From positions 1 to 53,289 of the IMG/VR virus record IMGVR_UViG_3300020473_000040: a stretch of DNA of 53,289 nucleotides. One strand, written 5' to 3'. Under the pieces are notes generated by a model that saw only the letters and a list, made by a program, of their open reading frames with translations, searched no databases and had not been told where the DNA came from. Position numbers and translations under genes: made by a program. The number at the start of each line of letters is the position of its first letter. The first letter of the stretch is position 1. Positions 46,201 to 53,289 of this stretch are shown here, piece by piece. The stretch comes from a virus. Its lineage: Duplodnaviria > Caudoviricetes.

Positions 46201-46458
46201 GCTAAGAAGCTTGTCTTTGAGCAGAACACGCCTTCAACTAGGGCTAAGTTCATATCACAAGTGACACCACTGCTTGCGACAGTTCAAAGTCAGCAGGGAA
46301 TTGATAAGTTTAGTGTTGTAATGGACGAGAGCAATAACACAGCTGAAGATATTGAGTCCAACAGGCTCAACGGAAGGATTGTTCTAGTTCCAACTAGGGC
46401 AGTGGAGTACATTGCTATTGACTTCATTATCACTAATTCAGGTGTAAGTTTTGAGTAA
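43267..46458 (+). CDS. Tail sheath protein 1 (T4 gp18-like, 1063 aa)
   Basis: N-terminal SPGFFEREIDLS and GPAFIPV; C-terminal PWFAPAGFNR, INPI and GQKTL...SALDRVNVRR. Confidence 0.95.
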   Translation: MAEQTFRSPGFFEREIDLSGRVQEVAGTPAGIVGTSEFGPAFIPVTVGSFADFKSRFGDLDSTKFGPYAVNEFLKNRTAVTFMRVLGAGANSNSTDIQNTINLGTVKNAGFRIKGAEVGNGHKAHKGSVQFLGAKHTLQTNEAFGYPVFTDNDSFNVSQGGDVFLIRGMIFTSTASLVQVLPYWASYPSSGSRVEDVAAVGMNINDSVNYKKFKIVVSSSVGSTFSNDEGQAGIRIYTASLDPSNESYISKILNTNPERFQEEQHLLYGDFAVEDEIATVTNYVGVLSGSASTSKGSGDTSQTYRDMYGRFDTRYAAAKTTFFRSQMYGNSKYDLFYFETLDDGANTCDKYKISISNLRKSTDPKNEYGSFTVLVRSFNDSDTAQEILEQYPLCTLDPNDENFVARKIGDLSVKYNFDTLSEDERRFVISGKYPNVSSRVRIVLSDDLQNGNVPKSALPFGFAGLPALKTNNLLSDTTSYAALKGVFKDILNGGTDSVRLAFNSGSNLDGRYHNEAQALTGSIVPPMPMTFKVTQGTMGTSGYAGKPGTNERVNPKYYWGIKTTRVPLTGTLSNAALNPNASSDTNPLVRTYTKFLGIEKMDALVTGSGADAFCNNEFSLNKVALSVTLSGEGTQDRTLIKSVDQNLTGTAAEHMLETAYIRDGRIAAGNYYTIGQAGTTDLRVSLGSLLTLTSSIFFNRFTDYAKFTNIMYGGFDGNNILDIDMSRMNDRASSSDPGGKAGITAPAAGGDLDIGLNAISTVGAGKFNNTVASYRSAIDIMTDPMTTRINILAIPGIRDSFITDHAADKTREYSQAIYLMDVPSYNDSSLRIFDNDGLRPNVAKTRDKFDGRSLDNNYAAAYFPDVNITDDRNGNPVRVPASIAALSALGFNDSVAYPWFAPAGFNRAALSNVSNVATRLNTADRDDLYDSRINPIASFPQAGFVIFGQKTLQQAKSALDRVNVRRMLLEVKRLISDVAKKLVFEQNTPSTRAKFISQVTPLLATVQSQQGIDKFSVVMDESNNTAEDIESNRLNGRIVLVPTRAVEYIAIDFIITNSGVSFE
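45956..45982 (+). repeat. 27-bp exact direct repeat shared by the two sheath genes (copy 1)
   Basis: ATCCCTGGTTCGCACCTGCAGGATTTA, identical at 49426-49452. Confidence 0.85.
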
Positions 46459-46461
46459 TCT

Positions 46462-46468
46462 ATATTTA
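46462..46468 (+). promoter_or_regulatory. Putative late-promoter motif ATAnTTA (ATATTTA)
   Basis: In the gap between the sheath genes, 28 nt upstream of ATG 46497. Confidence 0.55.
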
Positions 46469-46496
46469 ATGATTAGAGTTTTTGGAGAGGACAAGA

Positions 46497-49400
46497 ATGG
46501 CTGAGCTGACATTCAAAAGTGCCGGAGTTAGCACAAGAGAAATTGATCTTTCATCGCCAAGCACAACGGGCCCCATAGGGGTTCCAGCTGGCGTCATTGG
46601 AACTGCTGTCCAGGGTCCAGCGTTTGTCCCTGTAACAGTTGCCAACTTTTCAGAGTTTGTGTCAAGATTTGGACCCACAGACGGGGAAAAATTTGGACCC
46701 CTTGCTGTCAATGAGTGGTTAAAAAATGCCCAATCTCTTACTTACGTTAGGGTGCTCGGAGCGGGTGATGGAAAGAAGAGAAATACATCAACAGGAAAGG
46801 TAACCAATGCTGGGTTTGTAGTCGGTGATAAAACACCTCAGCCAAACGGTTTGATCGGTGTAAATCCATATGCAAACTCTCACGGTGACAGGGGAAATGT
46901 TCACTTTCTTGGTTGCTACATGTCAGAGTCACTTGGCAGCACCTACCTTAGCGATGCTGGAGTTCAGGGAACTACCTTAACAACTGCTACTGCGACAATA
47001 CAGGCGGTATCAGCAACCGTTTCACAATATGACGGAGGTACGCTAACTATAGTTGATGCCTATGCTACACAGAAAATATATATCTTTGACGACGATAGTG
47101 ACGGTGCCACTGGATCTACTGATGGATCAGGCAATGTTAGAATACAAATTAACGGTAAAACAACAGCTGGAGAAGTAGCAGCTCAAATCAAAGCTGCGAT
47201 TGAATCCGCAAATGGACACAATGGGACAATCACAATAGCAGTGTCAACAGCAGATGCAGCAAACGATACACTTACCTTAACCCAGCCAAGGGGCGGTACT
47301 GAAGGCAATAAAACGATTACCCGCGCAACGATAACAGCTGATAATATTTATACAATCTCAGGCTTTTCCGGCGGTGTTAATAACAATAGGGCCATGCCAA
47401 TTCTTCGAGGAGTTCTCTTCTCAGCGTCAGGAGTTATGCCACTCCTTTCAGGAAATTACCAGGTGACAGCACCTGGAACCGGTCCAGCTAATACAGCTAT
47501 TGGTAGATTAGGAGATTCTTCTCTAAGGGGAGGCCTTACCGGCTCGATGGTTCTCAGTAGCCATGACTTTGTAATGTTTCTTAATGGTCACAAGGGCCTG
47601 GCAAAGAATAAAAGGGTCCTCTCGGCATCACTGGATGTCAATTCACCCTCCTACATATCGAGAGTCTTTAACACAGACCCAACAAGGATTGAGGAGCATG
47701 GCCACTATCTCTATGCACACTATCCCATCCACTCTTCTCAAGCAGTTCCGACAGGTTCCGGAATTCTTGTACCTGGATCAACAGAGTGTGTTGAGCACCA
47801 CGGACAGGGTGCAGACTATAACGACTGTATATTCATCACTACTGGATCACTTAGTGCAGTTGGACAGGCGGGTGGAAGCACTACAGTTCCTGATTACAGG
47901 ACTTGGGAGGATAGGTTCTCAAATGCCAAGTCCCCATATCTTATATCGCAGAATTTTGGTGGAAAGCCCTATGACCTATTTAGAGTCGAGTCGCTATCTG
48001 ACGGAGCTGGAACCAGCACAAAGTTCAAGATCTCAATTGAAAATCTAGCTAAGTCAAACTCTGACATAAATAAGTTTGGAAAGTTTGACCTCGTCATCAG
48101 GGACTTCTACGATACAGACGATGAGAAAGTTGTTCTTGAATCCTTTAGAGGCCTAAGCGTTGACAAGGAGTCTGATAGATATTTTGCTAGAGTTATCGGA
48201 GATCAAAAAGCTTACTTTGACTTTGATCAATCTTCAGATTCTCAAAAACTCGTTGTCGAAGGAGACTTTCCAAATCAATCAAGACACATTCGTGTTAAGG
48301 TCTCGAATAAGCTTAGGGCACAGGAAGTTCCAGACGAAGCTTTGCCAATGGGATATAGAGGACCCAGCCACCTAGTCACATCTGGTTCAGATCTACTTGC
48401 AACCATTGGGCACGGATCAGGAAGTAACTTTATTGGAAATGCTTCGGGATCTATGAAGCTGACTGTTGAGCCCCCAATTCCAATGAGAAAGAATGTTTAC
48501 TTTGGAACTGGAAACAAGAAAAGAGTCTCAGCCAATCTTTACTGGGGATCTCAATTTTCAAGAAAGACAGATGTAAATGAGCCTAACAAGCCTGACCTCT
48601 TTAACGAATCATTTGAGTCATATGCGAAATACTTTCCCAGCTTCGCCCTTGATGATCAAAAGTTCTCTATTGGAGGAAATCCAGGTGTTGCAGATACAGT
48701 TGCTAATGGAATTTTAGACTCTGACAGATTTAATAATAATAAATTTACACTAGAAAACATTCGAGTAACAACTGGTTCTGACACTTATGCAAACCCAAGA
48801 GAATGGGTCAGCGCATCTTACATCAGGGGTGGAGGTATCGGAGTAGACAGAGACAACAAGACCAGAGCGTTCAGTGCGGATGACCTTAGCGTTGTTGGAA
48901 ATAGAACATATGCTAAGTTCACGTTATTCCTCCAAGGAGGGTTTGATGGAACAAACATCTTTAATAGGGATAAGGCTAATCTAACTGACAATGCTGCCAA
49001 GAGGGAGATGGATGATCCAACAAACCAGGGAGGAAAGGAAGGTCCAACTGTAGCGTCATTCAGAAAGGCAATTGACATTGTAGCAAATAGATCAGATGTA
49101 GAGATCAAATTGTTAGCAATACCCGGAATGAGAGATGAGGCTATTACAGACTATGCATCTGATGCGGTTGAGAATAGATTTGACTCACTCTATATCATGG
49201 ATATTGAGGAGCGTGATTCACTAAATAATGTAGTCACATCTTCTGCTCAGAACATTAGTGTTAGTGACACTGTTACACAGTTTAAAAATAGAGCCCTTGA
49301 TACATCGTTTACTGCAGCATACTTCCCAGATGTCATAATTCAGGATCCTGTTAAGCTTACAAACGTCCGATGTCCGCCCTCTGTTGCAGTCTTAGGTGCA

Positions 49401-49925
49401 TTTGGTTTAAATGATGCACTTGGTCATCCCTGGTTCGCACCTGCAGGATTTACAAGAGGGGCCCTTGGATCAGTTATCCAGGCTTCGGTCGATCTAAATA
49501 GAGCTAATCTTGATAGCATATATGATGCAGACATTAATCCAATAACAGACTTCCCAGGAACGGGAGTTGTAGTCTGGGGACAGAAGACGCTTCTAGCAGC
49601 TGCTTCGGCACTTGACAGAGTCAATGTTAGAAGGCTTCTAATTGAAATTAGAAGAAAGGTGCGGGCAATTGCTGACACATTGCTCTTTGAACCCAATAGA
49701 GAGTCAACACTAGAGAAGTTCTCTAGCCTGGTTAATCCAATCTTGCAGAAAATTCAAGAGCAGAGTGGTCTTGATCGTTATAAGGTCATAATTGACACCA
49801 CTACTACGACACAAGCTGATATAGAAAATAACACAATTCGAGGAAAGATATTTGTTCAGCCCACAAGAACAGCAGAGTTCATTGCACTTGACTTTGTTGT
49901 TACTAATGCTGGTGCAGAAGTCTAG
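46497..49925 (+). CDS. Tail sheath protein 2 (T4 gp18-like, 1142 aa)
   Basis: The GGAGAGG RBS places the start at ATG 46497 (MAELTFKSAGVSTREIDLS). Motifs GPAFVPV, PWFAPAGFTR and GQKTL...SALDRVNVRR. Confidence 0.95.
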   Translation: MAELTFKSAGVSTREIDLSSPSTTGPIGVPAGVIGTAVQGPAFVPVTVANFSEFVSRFGPTDGEKFGPLAVNEWLKNAQSLTYVRVLGAGDGKKRNTSTGKVTNAGFVVGDKTPQPNGLIGVNPYANSHGDRGNVHFLGCYMSESLGSTYLSDAGVQGTTLTTATATIQAVSATVSQYDGGTLTIVDAYATQKIYIFDDDSDGATGSTDGSGNVRIQINGKTTAGEVAAQIKAAIESANGHNGTITIAVSTADAANDTLTLTQPRGGTEGNKTITRATITADNIYTISGFSGGVNNNRAMPILRGVLFSASGVMPLLSGNYQVTAPGTGPANTAIGRLGDSSLRGGLTGSMVLSSHDFVMFLNGHKGLAKNKRVLSASLDVNSPSYISRVFNTDPTRIEEHGHYLYAHYPIHSSQAVPTGSGILVPGSTECVEHHGQGADYNDCIFITTGSLSAVGQAGGSTTVPDYRTWEDRFSNAKSPYLISQNFGGKPYDLFRVESLSDGAGTSTKFKISIENLAKSNSDINKFGKFDLVIRDFYDTDDEKVVLESFRGLSVDKESDRYFARVIGDQKAYFDFDQSSDSQKLVVEGDFPNQSRHIRVKVSNKLRAQEVPDEALPMGYRGPSHLVTSGSDLLATIGHGSGSNFIGNASGSMKLTVEPPIPMRKNVYFGTGNKKRVSANLYWGSQFSRKTDVNEPNKPDLFNESFESYAKYFPSFALDDQKFSIGGNPGVADTVANGILDSDRFNNNKFTLENIRVTTGSDTYANPREWVSASYIRGGGIGVDRDNKTRAFSADDLSVVGNRTYAKFTLFLQGGFDGTNIFNRDKANLTDNAAKREMDDPTNQGGKEGPTVASFRKAIDIVANRSDVEIKLLAIPGMRDEAITDYASDAVENRFDSLYIMDIEERDSLNNVVTSSAQNISVSDTVTQFKNRALDTSFTAAYFPDVIIQDPVKLTNVRCPPSVAVLGAFGLNDALGHPWFAPAGFTRGALGSVIQASVDLNRANLDSIYDADINPITDFPGTGVVVWGQKTLLAAASALDRVNVRRLLIEIRRKVRAIADTLLFEPNRESTLEKFSSLVNPILQKIQEQSGLDRYKVIIDTTTTTQADIENNTIRGKIFVQPTRTAEFIALDFVVTNAGAEV
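49426..49452 (+). repeat. 27-bp exact direct repeat shared by the two sheath genes (copy 2)
   Basis: Identical to 45956-45982. Confidence 0.85.
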
Positions 49926-49942
49926 AAAAACAAAATTGACGA

Positions 49943-49949
49943 ATACTTA
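49943..49949 (+). promoter_or_regulatory. Putative late-promoter motif ATAnTTA (ATACTTA)
   Basis: 31 nt upstream of the tube ATG 49981. The context ACGAATACTTA is also found at 51652-51662. Confidence 0.55.
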
Positions 49950-49980
49950 GAATAGTACGTCCTCAGGAGAAACTTAAAAA

Positions 49981-50472
49981 ATGGCAGAAACACTTTCAGT
50001 TAACGACTTACTTCCTAATAAGTTTGAACCCAAGAGAAAATTTAGGTGGGTTTTTGCTATAGAGGGAATTGACGCTTTTTTAATCAAGACAGCCTCAAGA
50101 CCGGGCTTTACTTTTTCTGAAACAGAAGTCAAGTTTATTAATTCAATGAGATATCTTGCTGGTCGAATGAAATTTGATACAATTTCAGTGTCTATGCATG
50201 ATCCAATTGCGCCTTCTGGAGCACAGCAGGTAATGGAGTGGGTTAGAACTCACTACGAATCAGTCTCAGGAAGAGCTGGATACGCTGACTTCTATAAGCG
50301 CGATTGTCAGCTTAAGCTTCTGGATCCTGTTGGAACTGTTGTTGAGCTCTGGGACCTCAAGGGTTGCTTTTTAACAACTGCCAAATATGGTGATCTTTCA
50401 TATGATGACGATAGTGCAATTATGGCAGTTGATTTAACGATTCGGTTTGACAACTGCGTTCTCCAATACTGA
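49981..50472 (+). CDS. Tail tube protein (T4 gp19-like)
   Basis: 163 aa, after the sheath genes. 'FEPKRKFRW...YLAGR..F..I...DP...VMEW...YKRD..L.LLDPVG.VVE.W.L.G.F...GDLSY'. Confidence 0.9.
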   Translation: MAETLSVNDLLPNKFEPKRKFRWVFAIEGIDAFLIKTASRPGFTFSETEVKFINSMRYLAGRMKFDTISVSMHDPIAPSGAQQVMEWVRTHYESVSGRAGYADFYKRDCQLKLLDPVGTVVELWDLKGCFLTTAKYGDLSYDDDSAIMAVDLTIRFDNCVLQY

Positions 50473-50496
50473 ATAAGTAAATCTTTCTTAATCAAA

Positions 50497-50528
50497 CAAG
50501 CCTGCTCTGCGCAGGCTTGAATTGTTTT
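50497..50528 (+). terminator. Putative Rho-independent terminator after the tube gene
   Basis: CAAGCCTGC-TCTGC-GCAGGCTTG, a 9-bp stem followed by AATTGTTTT (interrupted T-tract). Confidence 0.65.
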
Positions 50529-50574
50529 ACTATCTTATTAATTTTGATAAACTTACCTATATCAGGAGGACATA

Positions 50575-51429
50575 GTGTCAAAAAATAGATCTGATAGGAA
50601 TAGAATTTTTTCCGAAAGTCAGGAGCAGCAAGGAATACAGAGAAGAAATATTCTTGAAGATGACTTTGGCTGGGAGGTTCCCGTTGAATCAGTCCCAATT
50701 CCCTCACAGGGAAAGCTCTACCCCCCTTCAAGCCCCATGTTTGGAAAAGAAAGGGTTAATATAAAGGCAATGACTGCCAGAGAGGAGGATATTTTAACTT
50801 CTCGGGCTCTGATGGTGAATGGAACTGTAATAGAAAAACTTATCGAGTCCTGTGTTTTAGATCACGATGTAAATGTTAATGAGATGCTTACAGGTGATAG
50901 GTCTGCTCTAATGGTCGCCGTAAGAATTACAGGATACGGTCCCAACTATACAATAAAGTCAAATTGTCCTAAGTGCATTAGAACAGATAGCTATACGTTT
51001 AACTTGGCTGATCTCCCTATCAAGAGGCTAAAGCTTGATCCCGTATCCCCTGGAGAAAATAGATTTGAATTTAAACTTCCAGTTAGCAAAAAAATTGTTC
51101 ATTTTAAGTTTTTAACGGGAAAAGATAACGACCTAATTGAAGCCGAGTCGAAGAAAATGGCTGAACTCTTTCCCGAAGATGTAGTGGGAAGTGCTGTTAC
51201 AAGGAGGCTCAAGTTCAGCATACTTTCAATTGACGGAATTACCGATAGAAATAAGCTTTCAAGATTTATTGAGAATATGCCAGCCATGGATTCAAAGACT
51301 CTGAGAACCTACATTAAAAAAAATGAGCCGGGAATTGAAATGGTTGGAAGAATGACATGTAATTTCTGCTCAAAGGTATCGGAGGTGAGCCTTCCATTGG
51401 GCGCAAGCTTTTTTTGGCCTGAGCTCTGA
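50575..51429 (+). CDS. Tail assembly chaperone / baseplate hub protein (T4 gp26-like)
   Basis: AGGAGG RBS. 'IPSQGKLYP...MTAREEDIL...GDR..L.VAVR..GYG..Y', CPKC and CNFC Cys pairs, 'FKLPVSK', ending 'SFFWPEL'. Lies between tube and tape measure. Confidence 0.8.
   Translation: MSKNRSDRNRIFSESQEQQGIQRRNILEDDFGWEVPVESVPIPSQGKLYPPSSPMFGKERVNIKAMTAREEDILTSRALMVNGTVIEKLIESCVLDHDVNVNEMLTGDRSALMVAVRITGYGPNYTIKSNCPKCIRTDSYTFNLADLPIKRLKLDPVSPGENRFEFKLPVSKKIVHFKFLTGKDNDLIEAESKKMAELFPEDVVGSAVTRRLKFSILSIDGITDRNKLSRFIENMPAMDSKTLRTYIKKNEPGIEMVGRMTCNFCSKVSEVSLPLGASFFWPEL
51406..51418 (+). other. Candidate programmed ribosomal frameshift site (AGC TTT TTT TGG; +1 or -2)
   Basis: T7 run at 51409-51415, four codons before the stop. 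The shifted frame continues GGC CTG AGC... for 78 codons. Confidence 0.6.
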
Positions 51430-51652
51430 ATATAAAAATCTTGTCTTAGAAGAGATTTATGCCCTAATTAAGCATTTAGGAATAGGATATACTGAATGTC
51501 GAGAGATGCCTGTTCGATATCGTCGCTGGTTTATTGATAAGCTAGTAGAGGATGCCAAAAAGCGAAAGGAGGCACGAGAAGGAGACATGATTACAGAAGA
51601 CACCGGCCCTACAGTCAATCTTATGGGATCAGGTCCTAGAAACTTTCAGTAA
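51410..51652 (+). CDS. Small ORF missing from the track (T4 gp51-like / lambda gpT-like), probably expressed as a frameshift extension
   Basis: Reads FFGLSSEYKNLVLEEIYALIKHLGIGYTECREMPVRYRRWFIDKLVEDAKKRKEAR...NFQ*. The frame opens after TGA 51386, and the first ATG is only at 51506. Confidence 0.7.
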   Translation, partial: FFGLSSEYKNLVLEEIYALIKHLGIGYTECREMPVRYRRWFIDKLVEDAKKRKEAREGDMITEDTGPTVNLMGSGPRNFQ

Positions 51653-51655
51653 CGA

Positions 51656-51662
51656 ATACTTA
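51656..51662 (+). promoter_or_regulatory. Putative late-promoter motif ATAnTTA (ATACTTA)
   Basis: 24 nt upstream of ATG 51687, with AGGAG in between. Confidence 0.55.
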
Positions 51663-51686
51663 ATATCAGGAGCTATCGAAGAGTAA

Positions 51687-53289
51687 ATGGCAAGAGATAT
51701 ACAACGAGAAATTCAGGATACCCGCGATCTCATTGAAGCTAAAGAGGAAGAGCGTCGAGGTTTAGAGAGAACATCGGCACAATATCAAACTCTCACCCAC
51801 GATATCGATGAACTCACTCGACGTCTTGGAGAGCTGACAGCTGCCTCTCAAGGAGCTGCCGGAGGTCTATCAGCGGTTGCCGGTGCTGGACGCGGAGCCA
51901 TCGGCGAAGTTATGAACTCCCTCAGCCAGGGACTTGCAGATGCCAAGGAGGGGGTGGATGAATACTATAAGGCTCTTTCTGAGCTCTTTGAAGACAAGAG
52001 AAAGCTGTACGTTGGACTTCTTGATCACCTGGGAACAGATTATGCAACTGCAATGGAGGACTTTAGTCAAGGCTCTCAGAATCTGGGTGAACAAGTCGGT
52101 GGAACCATTCATGAAATGTACGACAGGTTCTACACTACTGATCTTCCGCTCTACTATTCTGGGTTAGAAGAGTTCGTATCATACGCTGAGGCGATTTACT
52201 ACTCCGTCTCATCAGGCTATTCAGCAATGAGACAGCTGGGTGATGACGCAGCACGCCAGATTGAGTCTGCATCCCTAATGGCGAAAGGATTAGGCTACTC
52301 AGCAGAAGAGATGATGGACGTCATGGACGCCCACTACAGCAAGACGGGAGAATTTAGCAATAGAATTCTTAGAGAGATTACCACCTACGCCACCGCTGTT
52401 TCAGACGTAACTGGTGACTCTGTCAAGGTTATTTCTAAGGGCATGGCTGATATTACAACTGACTTCGAGACTTTTGCAAATGTGGGTGTAGAGCAGTCAG
52501 CTGCAATTGTTGCAGGCTTACGTGAGGTCGGACTTAAAGTTCAGGATCTTGCTGACATCACATCTAAATTCTTAAATTTTGATCAAGCAGCTGAGTCACT
52601 TGCAAATCTGAACACAGTCTTCGGAATGCAAATTGATACATTTGCAATGATGGAAGCAGCATCGAGAGATCCCATGGAAGCTCTCGACATGCTGAGGGAG
52701 GGATTCTTTGCCACAGGTCAGGACTTTGAACTGCTTACTCAGCAGGAGAAAACCCTCCTAGCAGCACAGGCTAACGTCTCTACTGAGGTTGCTGCTATCA
52801 TGTTTGATCCCGATCGCATGAGGTCTTCTGCGGAAGCTCTTCAGGCCTCTGTTGCACAAGCGCAGGAAGAGGGAACAATGACGACTGAGGAGGCAATCTC
52901 CTCTCTTGAAGGCTCGATTACTCGAGTCACTGACCTTGAAGGTGATTTTACTGATGCTGTTTTTAATCGAATGGCTATGAGGTCACTTAGCGGTCTTGCA
53001 GACCAGTCCATTCTCGCTCATGATGCAATGACACGACTCGCACGAGCTCCCCCCCAAGTGGCGGATTCAATGAGAGGAATTCTCGGTGAAGATATAATCT
53101 CTGGTGAGGGTGGTCTCGAGGGAACCTTGGAGGCAGCGGGAACTCTGGCGACTGAAGGTCTCCAGGGTCTGGCAACTGCCACTCAAGATCTGGCTGGGGA
53201 TATAGGTCTTAGTGTTCCCGAGAACGTTTTAGTCGGTCTTAGAGATCCAGCCTCCCAGCAGATACTAAACGATGGAGGTCGTCAGATAG
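51687..53289 (+). CDS. Tail tape-measure protein, 3'-truncated by the window edge (not in the ORF track)
   Basis: Appears open from ATG 51687 (MARDIQREIQDTRDLIEAKEEERR...) to the window end. Ala/Glu-rich helical sequence including 'KFLNFDQAAESLANLNTVFGMQID'. Canonical position after tube and chaperone. Confidence 0.8.
   Translation, partial: MARDIQREIQDTRDLIEAKEEERRGLERTSAQYQTLTHDIDELTRRLGELTAASQGAAGGLSAVAGAGRGAIGEVMNSLSQGLADAKEGVDEYYKALSELFEDKRKLYVGLLDHLGTDYATAMEDFSQGSQNLGEQVGGTIHEMYDRFYTTDLPLYYSGLEEFVSYAEAIYYSVSSGYSAMRQLGDDAARQIESASLMAKGLGYSAEEMMDVMDAHYSKTGEFSNRILREITTYATAVSDVTGDSVKVISKGMADITTDFETFANVGVEQSAAIVAGLREVGLKVQDLADITSKFLNFDQAAESLANLNTVFGMQIDTFAMMEAASRDPMEALDMLREGFFATGQDFELLTQQEKTLLAAQANVSTEVAAIMFDPDRMRSSAEALQASVAQAQEEGTMTTEEAISSLEGSITRVTDLEGDFTDAVFNRMAMRSLSGLADQSILAHDAMTRLARAPPQVADSMRGILGEDIISGEGGLEGTLEAAGTLATEGLQGLATATQDLAGDIGLSVPENVLVGLRDPASQQILNDGGRQI

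Noticed and set aside
43267-50472. Extracellular contractile injection system or tailocin, suggested by multiple sheath genes
   Set aside because: A complete head and packaging module plus replication genes are contiguous with it, so this is a phage tail.
445-53175. The many short overlapping or antisense ORFs in the track (e.g. 445-744, 4487-4825, 33597-33941, 35259-35726, 41617-42030, 47584-48048, 51870-52112)
   Set aside because: They lie inside or opposite long, motif-bearing genes, have no recognisable motif or evident RBS, and are best explained as shadow frames.
1-53289. Stop-codon reassignment, inteins/introns, CRISPR arrays, tRNAs, diversity-generating retroelement
   Set aside because: Genes read through fully in the standard code with TAA, TAG and TGA all used as stops. 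Terminase, primase and portal show no intein-like insert. Intergenic gaps are too short for arrays, and no tRNA, reverse transcriptase or template/variable repeat pair was seen by eye.

Overview
This window is a gene-dense, almost entirely plus-strand segment of a large T4-related myovirus, probably a jumbo phage. It uses the standard genetic code, and most structural genes have AGGAG-type ribosome-binding sites. Order: (1) nine large putative baseplate/tail-tip/virion genes (<1-19.4 kb; FN3-like and LamG-like domains, two internal paralog pairs). (2) A small DNA-metabolism block: RuvC-like resolvase, primase, and a single-chain SbcD-SbcC (gp47-gp46-like) fusion. (3) A head module: terminase, portal, prohead protease, five unknown ORFs, scaffold and a gp23-like major capsid protein. 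(4) An accessory block between head and neck: a divergent 2OG-Fe(II) oxygenase/sulfotransferase pair, a 171-aa protein behind a structured 5' leader, and a tubulin/FtsZ-family GTPase. (5) Neck genes, two tandem tail-sheath genes, tail tube, a tail-assembly chaperone with a probable programmed frameshift, and the start of a tape-measure gene. The most notable observations are an [S/T]-G-S tripeptide enriched in a subset of virion proteins (a possible modification site, next to modifying enzymes), two promoter classes (ATAnTTA plus Shine-Dalgarno for structural genes; sigma70-like promoters predicting leaderless mRNA for enzymes), the phage tubulin, the dual sheaths and the structured RNA leader. 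All functional calls come from recognising motifs by eye and from gene order; no database searches were run. No tRNA, rRNA, CRISPR array or IS element was recognised.
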